A DNA stretch of 64,000 nucleotides, taken from Bacteroidia bacterium. Its GTDB lineage: Bacteria; Bacteroidota; Bacteroidia; M30B66. The notes under the pieces were generated by a model that made no database searches, was not told the origin of the DNA, and worked only from the letters and a program-made list of their open reading frames with translations. The translations under genes and the position numbers were made by a program. Shown one piece after another: positions 1 to 9,895 of the stretch (positions are counted from its first letter, which is position 1; every line of letters starts with the position of its first letter). Where the stretch lies: assembly GCA_965279035.1 (NCBI GenBank), contig OZ257142.1:1888001-1952000 (forward strand). The letters run 5' to 3'.

Positions 1-366
1 GCCCGATAATGGAATGGAAATAATTTCCATGTTATCGTGTGGATGTGTTCCAAACCCTTTTCCTCCTGATACGATATCATCATTCAACACGCGTAACACT
101 CCAAAGTTCATTCGCTCTGGATTATAATACTGTGCAAAACTGAAGGTATGATGTGTGTCGAGCCAGCCATGATCTGCATGTCCACGTGTACTTGCTCTAT
201 GAATCACTGTATTTTTCATGATAATGTGATTTTCAATTGGCAAATGATTGAAGCCAATGTCTTTGGATTGATTATTCAAATTGTTTTTTTCACTTTTCAA
301 AATGCCCATACTATTGAAAAGTGCAGTTCCTAATAAACTCTTTCGAAGGAAATCTTTTCGATTCAT
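1..366 (-). CDS. Pirin family protein (YhhW-like) with N-terminal Tat-like extension; runs off the left edge
   Basis: Manual translation (absent from ORF track): MNRKDFLRKSLLGTALF...IGFNHLP...MKNTVIHRASTRGHADHGWLDTHHTFSFAQYYNPERMNFGVLRVLNDD...GFGTHPHDNMEIISIPLSG. RG.ADHGWL and HPH.NMEI are pirin motifs. A second in-frame ATG lies at 219. Confidence 0.9.
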   Translation of the reverse strand, partial: MNRKDFLRKSLLGTALFNSMGILKSEKNNLNNQSKDIGFNHLPIENHIIMKNTVIHRASTRGHADHGWLDTHHTFSFAQYYNPERMNFGVLRVLNDDIVSGGKGFGTHPHDNMEIISIPLSG

Positions 367-378
367 TTTGAAATTGAT

Positions 379-403
379 TGTATGTACAGCAAATGTATGA
401 ACA
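379..403 (-). promoter_or_regulatory. Pirin promoter -7 box overlapped by two quasi-palindromic operator-like sites
   Basis: TACATTTG on minus (390-397) fits TAnnTTTG. TGTATGTACA (379-388) and TGTATGAACA (394-403) flank or overlap it. Confidence 0.5.
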
Positions 404-501
404 TTTAATTAATTACGGTAAATTGAATGCTAAAATTATGTTAGAATTTTTCAAAGCATTGTTAGTAAGGGAAATAGGGATTTGGCAAATTGATTAATGC
501 A

Positions 502-3252
502 TTATCGCATCAATAATATGGAGCCGTAAAGATGATAAGGTTTGCTTTGTTTATCTCGGGCGTTGAGATTGTATAAATACACACCATCAGGCACCATTTT
601 ACCAGAACTCATTGTTCCGTTCCAGCTACCGTCGGGACTTGTAATTACATAGATTTCTTCACCCCAACGATCAAATATTCGAAGATTTAATTGTGTGATA
701 TGATATCCTACAATTTGAAAAACATCATTAACATGATCTCCATTGGGAGTAAAGCTATTAGGAACAAAAAGTTCGGGCTTTAATTCTACGAGAATTGTAT
801 GTGTTACAGTATCGATACAACCTGATTGATTGCTGCAAACATGATGAATAACTTGCTCCGATTCTTCATTAAACGTAAGAGTTGAATTATCGGGTAAGGT
901 GATTTCAGTTCCATTGAGAAACCAAGAACACTCATCGCTTTCATTTCCTAATGGAACCAGCGTAACATCCATTGGAAGAAGTCCCGTTTCTGGTATTTCC
1001 ATATTGAAAGATGCATTAACGGATATATCTTCTACAGTAACAGTATCTGTATCCGTATTGCAAAATCCAACATGGGTTAATATATAAACTCCTGCTTGTG
1101 TAATGTTTATGGATTGTTGAGTAGATCCAGTAGACCAATGATTACCTGTTGTTGAAGCAGACTGCAATTGCACAACTTTCGGTAGACAAGCTTTAATTAT
1201 AGGATTTCCTAAAATTTCAGCAGTAACTAATCCTTCAGCTATAAAATTTGTAGATGAGGGAGAGCTTATACAGCCATTGTTTTCAGCAGTTACATAATAA
1301 GAACTAGTGGTTGAAGAACTTACTTGATATGTCAATCCATTACCAATCACATTGCTTAATGCAACATCCGAATACCAAGTGATGATTGGTGCATCTGAAA
1401 TTGCCGTAATGACTGGTAGTTGAGTTCCAGCACACCATTGAACTTGAGCTGGTAATGTTGGAGGAACTGGGGTTTGATTTTGTGTAATTACAAAACTTGA
1501 ACTTGTCGATTGGCAACCATTTATTCCTTGAACAGCATAATACGTTGCAGAGCCTGATGGTGGTGTGAATGAATTCCCTGTTCCAACCTGAACATTTAAT
1601 GCGGCATCACTATACCAAGTTACTGAATAACCAACCGAGGCAGTTGTTGTAATTGGAGTGATAGCAGTTCCATTACAAAAAGCATGAGTGCCATTCAGCA
1701 CTAAGGCCGAAGGCTGAGCAACAACCGTAATATCATGGGTTGCTGTGGCTGAACAGCCTGTTGTTCCTACAGTATATGTGATCGATTGTGCTCCATTTAA
1801 TCCGGTTGGGTTGAAGGTATTACCACTTACTCCTGTTCCTGTCCAAATACCACCCGAAGTGCCAGTTAATAAGGTATTTAGATTTAAACTTGGGGAAGAT
1901 GAGCACACATTCGTTGCTGTCCAACTGGCATCAGCTGTAGCGATAACATTGATTGTATGACTCTGAGTAACTACACAATTCCCTGAACCAACAGTATAGG
2001 TAATTGTTTGATTTCCATTCAATCCACTTGGAGAAAACGTATTTCCTGTAACACCATTACCAGTCCATGTTCCACCACTCGTTCCAGTAATTAAATTGTT
2101 GAGGTTAATTGAGGGATCGCTTGCACACATTGAAGATGGATTCAAGGTCCAATCAGCATTGGCACTTGCAACTACAGTCATGTTTTGAGTACTCGAAGCC
2201 AAGCAGGCTCCTGATCCAACAGAATACGTAATAGCAATGGCTCCGTTTAATCCTGAAGGATCGAAGGTATTTCCTGTAGCTCCTGTTCCCGTCCACGTTC
2301 CGCCGGTAGTTCCTGTGATTAAAGTGTTGAGGTTAATTGTTCCTCCTCCTGAACAAACCGATTGAGGAGTCCAGGTTGCATTTCCACCACTTGTAATAGT
2401 GATGGTTTCAGTTTCACTTACAGCATTGGCACAATTGGGTGAGAATGTATAGGTTATATCCACATCGCCCGATAATCCGGAAGGAGAAAAAAGATGTCCT
2501 GTAACTCCTGGTCCTGTCCAAGATCCTCCTGGAGTTCCAGTAACCAATGTATTTAAATCAATACTTGCTGCACCTGAACACATGGGAGCAGGTGGTGTCC
2601 AACTAGGATCATACACGTTGAAAGGTGCATTACAGCCGTTGTTTGAATATGTGGTAACACCGTTTTCATCGAAATTAGCTAAAGCACCATCTCCACCAAC
2701 CAATTGAGAACCGAAGTAGGAAACGGTTTGAGTACAACCAGCTGGACTACTAAAAGTCATGGTGAAATATCGGATTGTGCTTGCTGTATTTGAAAAATTT
2801 CCCCCTGAAAATGTGGAACAATGAAAAATCACATACAGTGTATCCGAAAGTCCAGCAAATGTGGTTGTTGTTGGATCGAAATTAATTCCTGTAATAAGTA
2901 ATACTTTAGAATTTGCGGGTAAAATGCCACCAGTAGGTTCTTTTAAAAATCCGCAATTCTGAATAGTAGCATTCATTTGCGCTACTTTGTTTGCAGTAGC
3001 TGCATTTTGACATATTCCCGACCATGTATTAGACGTCGTTGCCCAAGAAACAGAAAGGGAAGAAGTTGTTAATGGTGATGGTCCTACAAGAAATCGGACA
3101 ATTTCATTCTGCCCTTCTTGAGCACTTGGCCCACATGCATCAGCTTGAATAGCTTGAATACGAAAGCACGAATTGGTTGTCTGTGCCTGCAATGAACAGG
3201 ACAGAAATAGGATGAACAATGAACAGAAAATAATCAGAGGCTGCTTCCTCAT
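502..3252 (-). CDS. T9SS type-B CTD (gliding motility-associated C-terminal domain) surface protein with Ig/PKD-like repeats
   Basis: Signal peptide ending LQAQ; four ~74-aa repeats; C-terminus ELFVPNSFTPNGDHVND...IFDRWG...WNG...DGVYLY...GSILLMR. Confidence 0.85.
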   Translation of the reverse strand: MRKQPLIIFCSLFILFLSCSLQAQTTNSCFRIQAIQADACGPSAQEGQNEIVRFLVGPSPLTTSSLSVSWATTSNTWSGICQNAATANKVAQMNATIQNCGFLKEPTGGILPANSKVLLITGINFDPTTTTFAGLSDTLYVIFHCSTFSGGNFSNTASTIRYFTMTFSSPAGCTQTVSYFGSQLVGGDGALANFDENGVTTYSNNGCNAPFNVYDPSWTPPAPMCSGAASIDLNTLVTGTPGGSWTGPGVTGHLFSPSGLSGDVDITYTFSPNCANAVSETETITITSGGNATWTPQSVCSGGGTINLNTLITGTTGGTWTGTGATGNTFDPSGLNGAIAITYSVGSGACLASSTQNMTVVASANADWTLNPSSMCASDPSINLNNLITGTSGGTWTGNGVTGNTFSPSGLNGNQTITYTVGSGNCVVTQSHTINVIATADASWTATNVCSSSPSLNLNTLLTGTSGGIWTGTGVSGNTFNPTGLNGAQSITYTVGTTGCSATATHDITVVAQPSALVLNGTHAFCNGTAITPITTTASVGYSVTWYSDAALNVQVGTGNSFTPPSGSATYYAVQGINGCQSTSSSFVITQNQTPVPPTLPAQVQWCAGTQLPVITAISDAPIITWYSDVALSNVIGNGLTYQVSSSTTSSYYVTAENNGCISSPSSTNFIAEGLVTAEILGNPIIKACLPKVVQLQSASTTGNHWSTGSTQQSINITQAGVYILTHVGFCNTDTDTVTVEDISVNASFNMEIPETGLLPMDVTLVPLGNESDECSWFLNGTEITLPDNSTLTFNEESEQVIHHVCSNQSGCIDTVTHTILVELKPELFVPNSFTPNGDHVNDVFQIVGYHITQLNLRIFDRWGEEIYVITSPDGSWNGTMSSGKMVPDGVYLYNLNARDKQSKPYHLYGSILLMR
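1712..2608 (-). repeat. Four tandem ~74-aa intragenic repeats
   Basis: Consensus W....C......LN.L.TGT.GG.WTG.G..G..F.P.GL.G...ITY.....C, with two Cys per unit. Confidence 0.85.
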
Positions 3253-3282
3253 TATCTAAAAACGGAACCCTACAAAGTTACA

Positions 3283-3290
3283 CTAGAACC
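3283..3290 (-). promoter_or_regulatory. Bacteroidota sigma70 -7 box
   Basis: TAACTTTG on minus, 30 nt upstream of the 3252 start. Confidence 0.5.
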
Positions 3291-3351
3291 TGAATTTTCC
3301 GTCTTATTATATTGTACTTCGAATGTTAACAATTTGTTCTGTAATCAAGCA

Positions 3352-5511
3352 TCATTGCGCCTTAATAAAACGCGCATTCATATTGCCTGAAGCGCTTCGA
3401 ATGCTTAAGATAAATGATCCTGTTGGAAGGTTTGAAGTATCAATTGTCCAACTCTTTCCTGTCATGATGGTTTTGGTAGAAGTTTCAACCAATCGACCTT
3501 GAAGATCAAACACTTGAACCAAGCATTGTCCATGAATTGCTTCTCCAGTTTTTACAATGTTTAGCTTTTCGTTTGCTGGATTGGGATATACCGAAAGTCC
3601 ATTTTCGAAATCCATTCCGTTTGTTAATCCAAGTGGAGGAATGCTGTCGGAGTTCGGAGCACCTGGTGTTGGATAAAACAACAATTTCCAATTATCAGCA
3701 CCATCTAAATAGCGTCCAAATGTTTTTCCTTCACTCATTGCAGGATATTGCGCTCCATCAATGAGTGTTTCTCCATCAGGAGCAAAAATTCCAACAAAAC
3801 CTCCAGTTTCGGATAAAGTAAAATTCAAATGCAGAGGTCCTTGAACTGTATTTTGATCAGCCCACAAAATCTTAAATGAACCAGGCTCCATCGTCATTTG
3901 AGCCGTAATTTGAGGAAACTGAAACTTGGTTGGATTGCTAATTAAATCTGTGATATAATATCCAGAAAGGTTGACTGTTTGAGTATCTGCATTGTAAATC
4001 TCTATCCAATCGTCCAATTGTCCATTCGGATCGGGGTAATTTGTATTAAATGCATTGAGCTCATTAAGGTAAATCAAAGGAGGAACGTAGCTTGGAATAT
4101 TGTCATTGTCTTTAATCACAATAACAACAGTACTTGTATCTCCAATTTGCAATCCGTTTGACACTTGAATTATCGTAAATGTCACATATTCGTCGGGTTC
4201 AATTTGAGTATCGTTATACGGTGTTACGAGAAAGTCGAGTAGGGGATTTCCAGCTTCTGTTTGTAGTAATAATTGACCATTACTAACAGCTGGTGTTGCG
4301 AAATAATCGTTAAATACACCGGCTCCATTGTTTGCTCCAATAAAAATGAAATAAGATGATGATGGAGTTGGACTGATATTCATTGAAACAGGAACACCAG
4401 CTTGACCTTCGGTGATAGTTAATGTATCTGTCGAAAAATTGATTCTCGAAAAGTTCTGATCAGTACTGATTAATGTTACAGCAATGGCATCTTCGGTTCC
4501 TACGGTTAATCCTCCCGATAAAGCACCAATGACGAAAGTTACGGTTTCATTCGTTTCGGGTAAACCATCTGCCAAGGCTTGAAAAGTAAACGAAGCTGTG
4601 GTTGCGTTTGCTGGGATATCGATGGTTATTGTTCCTGAAATATTGGGTGGATTAGTATTGTAATCACTTGCTGTTATACCAGGAAATTCGAGCACATTGA
4701 GAACCACACTTTGAGGTGAAATTTGAGGTGAACTTATGTCGAGTGTGATGGTTGCTAGTGATCCTCCTTCGATAACACTGGTGCTCGTTTGAGCAAATTC
4801 GATGCTTGAGGCAAATGGTTGAGATGTACTTGAATTCCAGTTTGGCCAAGAACTAACCTGAGCTGGTTGTCCATTATCGAGAAACCAATAATTGATGTTG
4901 TAAATAATGGAAAGCATTTCAGGACCTGTCACATTCAAAGGCGAAATAGATAAATATCCATTATCGATATTGATGGTTGTTATATCCATGAATGCCAATG
5001 CGGTTTGTCCATTTACTAATGGAGCAGGTAAACAGGTACGAAATTCAAAATAGGGAATAGAGTCGCAAGTTGGACGCCATGTATTATTGCTTATTCCGGC
5101 AATGAAAGATGGTTGAGTTGATATTCCAGTATAAGCTAATATTTGTTCTCCTTGTCCCAGCGAATACCAAATTCTACCAGTTGCTGTTCCAGGACCAGTA
5201 ACAGTCATCCCACTTCCATTATCTTGAAGTTGAAAAATAGTTCCAACGGGTAATGCTGAATCAGGACTAGTCCAAACAACTGTTTGTTCGTTGCTGAGCA
5301 AATGAGCGCCTGTCCATTTATTATCAGTGAAACTGATTTGAGTTGCAGGAGGAAGAACTTCGGTAGTTACTAGTGCAAATGCCATTTGAGCATCACCTTG
5401 ATAACCAATAAATGCAACAGCTCCCGGAGAAAGTGTTTGAGCTTTCATTGAAACTCCCAACATGAAGCAATAGAAAACGATGAGCGTAGTAATACGATTT
5501 TTCATGCGCAT
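3352..5511 (-). CDS. T9SS type-A secreted protein: conserved N-domain, 2 Calx-beta-like domains, lamin tail domain (paralog 3)
   Basis: Signal peptide MKAQ; ISFTDNKW/NEQTVVWT N-domain; D...E..E motifs; LTD YLNEL...DDWIEIYN...PTPGAPN; CTD VYPNPANE...FDLQGR. Confidence 0.8.
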   Translation of the reverse strand: MRMKNRITTLIVFYCFMLGVSMKAQTLSPGAVAFIGYQGDAQMAFALVTTEVLPPATQISFTDNKWTGAHLLSNEQTVVWTSPDSALPVGTIFQLQDNGSGMTVTGPGTATGRIWYSLGQGEQILAYTGISTQPSFIAGISNNTWRPTCDSIPYFEFRTCLPAPLVNGQTALAFMDITTINIDNGYLSISPLNVTGPEMLSIIYNINYWFLDNGQPAQVSSWPNWNSSTSQPFASSIEFAQTSTSVIEGGSLATITLDISSPQISPQSVVLNVLEFPGITASDYNTNPPNISGTITIDIPANATTASFTFQALADGLPETNETVTFVIGALSGGLTVGTEDAIAVTLISTDQNFSRINFSTDTLTITEGQAGVPVSMNISPTPSSSYFIFIGANNGAGVFNDYFATPAVSNGQLLLQTEAGNPLLDFLVTPYNDTQIEPDEYVTFTIIQVSNGLQIGDTSTVVIVIKDNDNIPSYVPPLIYLNELNAFNTNYPDPNGQLDDWIEIYNADTQTVNLSGYYITDLISNPTKFQFPQITAQMTMEPGSFKILWADQNTVQGPLHLNFTLSETGGFVGIFAPDGETLIDGAQYPAMSEGKTFGRYLDGADNWKLLFYPTPGAPNSDSIPPLGLTNGMDFENGLSVYPNPANEKLNIVKTGEAIHGQCLVQVFDLQGRLVETSTKTIMTGKSWTIDTSNLPTGSFILSIRSASGNMNARFIKAQ

Positions 5512-5530
5512 GAAATTCTGTTTCTAAAAA

Positions 5531-5538
5531 CAAATGTA
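5531..5538 (-). promoter_or_regulatory. Bacteroidota -7 box
   Basis: TACATTTG on minus, between the terminator and the 5511 start. Confidence 0.55.
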
Positions 5539-5588
5539 CGTCAAAAAGCCTGTAGGGTTGCTTTTCAATTCATTAGGATGGATTCCAT

Positions 5589-5623
5589 AAAAAAACGGCC
5601 TGCTCAAATCGAACAGACCGTTT
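5589..5623 (-). terminator. Rho-independent terminator of the 5642 gene
   Basis: Minus-strand stem AAACGGTCTGTTC/GAGCAGGCCGTTT (two G-U pairs) followed by a T run. Confidence 0.75.
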
Positions 5624-5641
5624 CAAAGTTCATTGAAGAAC

Positions 5642-7768
5642 TTAATGTTTTACAATCAACTTTTTATAAGTACGATCTTTTCCAGAACCAACACGAACAA
5701 GGTAAACTCCCGATGCAAAATTGCTTGTATTGATTTGCAATTGTGTTGAGTTTTGAGGAATAAGTTGATTTAGAATTTGACGACCATTTATATCAAACAC
5801 ATGAATTTGGGAATTTGTAAGTGAGCTTGATAATGAAACTTGAACAAATTCATTTGCTGGATTGGGAAAAAGATTGAATTCAAAAGCAGAAACCGTTTTG
5901 ATTCCAGATGTTGCATTGGAAGCTCCCGGTGTAGTAAAACCGTCTTCGAAAACAGTTAATTCACCATCTACTTCGCTATCATATCCATACGATTGATTTG
6001 GACCTAATTGTTCATAGGTTAAAGAATCAATCAAATCTCCATTTCCAGCATACAATCCAACATATTCTCCTGCTGGAGATAAGGTGAAATTCGTATGCAG
6101 TGGACCTTGAGCAATCGTATTATCAGCCCAAACCAATTTGAAACCACCAGCATTTATTACTGTACTTGCTGATCCTGTAGGAAACTGATATTTATTGGTT
6201 ACAGTTATATCATCAGTAATAAACAATCCTGCTAAATCGGCTGGTGTAGAAGCAGCGTTATAAATCTCAATCCAGTCATCAAATTCGCCATTCTCATCGG
6301 CTATTGTGCCTGTATTGGAAGCCATCACTTCGTTGATGTATAAATCACTTACAACAGGTGCAGCATCATTATCTAATACTGTAATGGTTTGAGTTGCATT
6401 TAAACCAGCTTGAAGATTACTGCTAAAGGATGTCAAACTCAAATTCAAACTCTCTGGAGATTCAATGTCTGTATCATCATTCACATGAAATGTAAAACTA
6501 TAGGTAGTAATTCCGGAAGCCAATGAAACAGCAATGACTCCTGATGCTGCAGCCGGATTTGTAGTATAGTCAGCTGCACTTATTCCATTTTCTGTTAATT
6601 GAATGGAGAATGTCTGTGAACTTGAAATAGCTGGTAAAATTTCCAATTGAACAGTAATGTCTGATTGTCCTTCGGTTATTGTTTGTGTAGTTGAAGTAAA
6701 ACTCACGAAAGAAACTCCGGCAGGTTCAGTGATTTCGAAATTCAAAGTATTACCCGATCCGATAGTAATTCCTGCTGTTGAAGATGAAATCGTTAAGGTT
6801 CCAGATTCGGTTCCTTCGCTTAATCCATCTGCAATAGCAGCTAAGTTTAATGAAATAAAAGTGGAGCCGTTCGGAATTGGAATCGTAACCGAATTAGCAC
6901 TAAATGCTGGTGTAGACTGTAAATCAGCAGAACCTACAATTCCGCTTAAAGTAAGTGTAACGGTTTGTGAACCAAAACTCGCAGGGCTAATGCTAAACGT
7001 TACATTTTGTGAGGATCCTCCTTCGGAGAGACTTAAAAATCCACTTTGGAAATTAATTTCAGAAGGTGCTGGAGTGTCGAATGTAAATGTCCATGCAGGC
7101 CACATTTCAAAACCACTTAGTGTTGGATCATTATCATATTGCCAATTTTCTGGATCCATAATAACCGCTAAAATGTCGGCAACAGGTCCGCTTAGGTCGG
7201 GAGGAAAAAGGTATCCATTATCAGTACCAGTTGAATCTCCAGTGATGGCTAATGCATTGATTCCTTCTTCTAATGGTGCAGGTAAGCAAGTGAAATTAGT
7301 ATTTCCAACACCTGTTGTATTACAAACAGGAAGAAAAATATTGACACTGATAGCAGCCACAAAACTCGGACTTGCACTCGATCCTGTATAAGCTAAAATC
7401 TGATCACCACCAGTAGCCAAACCATTCAATTCGCCAGTTGCAGTTCCCGGACCGGTTACTAGTTCAATATTATGTCCTGCACCAGGAATGGTATCTTCCC
7501 GAAAAATAATGGTAGTACCGATTGGAACACCTCCTACTGGTGCAGTCCAAACAACTGTTTGCTCATTTGTAAATAAAGCAGTTCCACTCCAGCCATTATC
7601 AGTAAAACTGATAGTTGTTCCAGCTGCAATGTCTTGCAAAGTCACAATGGCAAATCCATCAGGGGCATCACATTGCATTGATAGAAATGCAATTCCCCCA
7701 GGTTGAACTTGTGAAAATGCCGTTAATGAAAAGAGGCAAATAATGAAAGAAGATAAAATTGATCTCAT
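5642..7768 (-). CDS. T9SS type-A secreted protein: N-domain, 2 Calx-beta-like domains, LTD (paralog 2)
   Basis: Start moved to MRSILSS (7768) because a -7 box lies at 7784-7791. Motifs PDGFAIVTL..ISFTDNGW; LYINEVMASN...DDWIEIYN; CTD LFPNPANE...KKLIVKH. Confidence 0.8.
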   Translation of the reverse strand: MRSILSSFIICLFSLTAFSQVQPGGIAFLSMQCDAPDGFAIVTLQDIAAGTTISFTDNGWSGTALFTNEQTVVWTAPVGGVPIGTTIIFREDTIPGAGHNIELVTGPGTATGELNGLATGGDQILAYTGSSASPSFVAAISVNIFLPVCNTTGVGNTNFTCLPAPLEEGINALAITGDSTGTDNGYLFPPDLSGPVADILAVIMDPENWQYDNDPTLSGFEMWPAWTFTFDTPAPSEINFQSGFLSLSEGGSSQNVTFSISPASFGSQTVTLTLSGIVGSADLQSTPAFSANSVTIPIPNGSTFISLNLAAIADGLSEGTESGTLTISSSTAGITIGSGNTLNFEITEPAGVSFVSFTSTTQTITEGQSDITVQLEILPAISSSQTFSIQLTENGISAADYTTNPAAASGVIAVSLASGITTYSFTFHVNDDTDIESPESLNLSLTSFSSNLQAGLNATQTITVLDNDAAPVVSDLYINEVMASNTGTIADENGEFDDWIEIYNAASTPADLAGLFITDDITVTNKYQFPTGSASTVINAGGFKLVWADNTIAQGPLHTNFTLSPAGEYVGLYAGNGDLIDSLTYEQLGPNQSYGYDSEVDGELTVFEDGFTTPGASNATSGIKTVSAFEFNLFPNPANEFVQVSLSSSLTNSQIHVFDINGRQILNQLIPQNSTQLQINTSNFASGVYLVRVGSGKDRTYKKLIVKH

Positions 7769-7783
7769 GAATTGAAATTTGTA

Positions 7784-7791
7784 CAAATGTA
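7784..7791 (-). promoter_or_regulatory. Bacteroidota -7 box
   Basis: TACATTTG on minus. Confidence 0.55.
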
Positions 7792-7824
7792 ATGGATTAA
7801 TAAAAACGGGAATCCATTCTCTTT

Positions 7825-9756
7825 TTAGTCGAAAAACACCCAGTTGAAACCGATTTTTAATAAGCGGTCGGGGAGAGGATAATACGGTATAACATTGGCT
7901 TGCATGCCAGCAATTCCGGCATTCACATGTTCCATCATGGCAAATATTCTTGCCCTGCGGATTTTAACACTCACATAAAAATTCGCTTGAATGAGTCCTT
8001 TATTTAGTTTATCATATTGAAGATAAAATAATCCACTTTGAGGCTGATATGCATTCGCTCTGAACAAAGAGCATCCGATTACATCTATTCCTATTCTCCA
8101 TGGAGTTGATTTGCCAATTCGTCCTTCTCTAAAAACACTTTCTTGATATTGGAATTCAGGCAATCGAATCACATTAGTTCCTGAAACTTTTTGATATAAA
8201 ATGCGGCTATATAAGTGCCACTTACGAAGATGAATTTGATTTTCTACTTGAGCAGAAAGCACATTGATTGCAGATGAGAATTGCGCTGGAGCTGCATTTT
8301 GACTCATGTACACCCAGTTTCCAATAAGCTGGTTGCTAACTTTTATTTCGGTATGAAGTTTTGGCAGTTGGATGGTACCATACACTTTGAGCAGATTGAT
8401 TTTCTTAAATGAATTGCTCCAAGTTCCAAAATTCGAAATGAATCGTTGAAGCTGGTAAACAGGTTCTTGACGATAACTTTCAATTCCAGCTTGAATAACA
8501 AAGGTTGATTTCGGTTTCAATAAAATGTTCCCAGCTAGTTGAAGATCACCACTGTTATATCCAGAATAGAAAAGTTCTGTTTCAGCATGAATTTTCAATT
8601 GTGGTCGAAACGTATAATCGAGTTTCCCTCCCAAACTTTGATTTAGTACATGCAGGTTATAGGACTGACCTTGAATGGAATCATTCATCCACACATGTGC
8701 ACTTTGTTGTTTCAAGAAAGCTTTTGCTTCCCAATGCATTTGATGAGCAGTATCCGAAACATTACTCAGTTTAAGTAAAGCAGCTTCACTTTCCCATTGA
8801 CTATTGTAATAATCAAGAAATTTTCTTCCCGAATCTGCAATGCTTGTGTAATAGGTATTTACCGGATTTTCATCATCGTATGAATGCCTGTTGAAATTAT
8901 ATTGAAGCGTATGTTGAATTCTTAGTGAAGCTCCTTTCTTTTCTACTTTATTTGAATCTACATTCGGTCGAAAGAGATCATAGGTTTGTCGCAATAGAAA
9001 ACCATTTCGAAAGACTTTGTTTCGAGCTTTTAACAGATTGATTGGATAAAGCTGTCGGTTATTTACTGTATTCGTTTGGAAAGTAGAATCACCTTCGGCA
9101 GTTATTCCTCCATTTTCGAAAGAAGCTCCTTTGTGATAAACAATGCCTGCAAATGCTTGATATCTTCCTTTTCCTGGACGATACCACGCATGAAATCGCA
9201 AAGCAGAATGAGCTGCTGTTTGTCTCAGATACGTTCCCGCTGAATTTACCCGTTGAAAATCAAGTCCGAAATTGAGGGCTTTTCCAACATTTTGTGTGTG
9301 TCGAATTTTGAAAAATGCTTCCTGCTTTCCTCCTTGCGTATAAGATGCTTCGGTATAAGGCGATTGTGCATCATAAAAACGCATGTCTTTCAAATCGAAA
9401 ACATAAGGCAGAAAAGTTCCAAATCCCCAATTAAATCCTCCATTAAAACGAGGCTGAAAATTCAAATCCTGAATGGCAGTTCCATTATTTCCAAGGGTTG
9501 AATTGATGAATTGGTTTCGATAAACTGGCAAGTAAAACTGGAAACGATCGAGTGAATACGTAATCCGTTGCAACCTGTTTTGTCCCGACTCAGAAATCTC
9601 CAGGCCGCCCATTTCTACACGTGAAGTATCTCGACTAACGCCCGAAGAATCAAAACCCGATTTCATTGATCCATTGCCGGTATTGTTAGTCCCGAATTGA
9701 GCATGGACACACACAGTGCTAAAAAGAAAAATGAAGATGGTCAGCCGTTGAATCAT
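7825..9756 (-). CDS. Bacteroidota putative porin (Porin_10-like beta-barrel)
   Basis: Start MIQRL (9756) gives a signal peptide ending VHAQ. Motifs LGNNG, P.TEASYTQG, HTQNV...NFG...S.G.Y.RQ; C-terminus KIGFNWVFFD. Confidence 0.8.
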   Translation of the reverse strand: MIQRLTIFIFLFSTVCVHAQFGTNNTGNGSMKSGFDSSGVSRDTSRVEMGGLEISESGQNRLQRITYSLDRFQFYLPVYRNQFINSTLGNNGTAIQDLNFQPRFNGGFNWGFGTFLPYVFDLKDMRFYDAQSPYTEASYTQGGKQEAFFKIRHTQNVGKALNFGLDFQRVNSAGTYLRQTAAHSALRFHAWYRPGKGRYQAFAGIVYHKGASFENGGITAEGDSTFQTNTVNNRQLYPINLLKARNKVFRNGFLLRQTYDLFRPNVDSNKVEKKGASLRIQHTLQYNFNRHSYDDENPVNTYYTSIADSGRKFLDYYNSQWESEAALLKLSNVSDTAHQMHWEAKAFLKQQSAHVWMNDSIQGQSYNLHVLNQSLGGKLDYTFRPQLKIHAETELFYSGYNSGDLQLAGNILLKPKSTFVIQAGIESYRQEPVYQLQRFISNFGTWSNSFKKINLLKVYGTIQLPKLHTEIKVSNQLIGNWVYMSQNAAPAQFSSAINVLSAQVENQIHLRKWHLYSRILYQKVSGTNVIRLPEFQYQESVFREGRIGKSTPWRIGIDVIGCSLFRANAYQPQSGLFYLQYDKLNKGLIQANFYVSVKIRRARIFAMMEHVNAGIAGMQANVIPYYPLPDRLLKIGFNWVFFD

Positions 9757-9761
9757 CGCCG

Positions 9762-9769
9762 CAAAAGTA
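9762..9769 (-). promoter_or_regulatory. Bacteroidota -7 box of the porin gene
   Basis: TACTTTTG on minus, 5 nt before ATG 9756. Confidence 0.6.
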
Positions 9770-9835
9770 GCAGATTTCCTGAGCTTGTTAGATAGCCTAT
9801 TGAAATTCAAAAGGCTTGATCGATCGTTTAATTTC

Positions 9836-9863
9836 AAAAAAAATCCCGCCGACGGGCAGGATT
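9836..9863 (-). terminator. Rho-independent terminator ending the small intergenic transcript
   Basis: Minus: AATCCTGCC-cgtc-GGCGGGATT running into a T8 tract. Confidence 0.75.
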
Positions 9864-9895
9864 AAAACCGTGTTGGTCTGTCGACCGGTTTTGCA

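Noticed and set aside
148-333. 61-aa plus-strand ORF
   Set aside because: Antisense shadow of the pirin gene
1712-2608. Periodic repeats as a CRISPR array or DGR template/variable repeats
   Set aside because: In-frame, degenerate protein-domain repeats; no cas or reverse transcriptase gene in the window
6657-7391. 244-aa plus-strand ORF, and similar antisense ORFs within the T9SS genes (e.g. 13488-13877, 20331-20636, 25045-25392)
   Set aside because: Codon-register mirrors of Thr/Gly/Ser-rich genes; no motifs or expression signals
9757-9837. N-terminal extension of the porin ORF in the track
   Set aside because: Contains the -7 box and overlaps the terminator; the signal peptide starts at 9756
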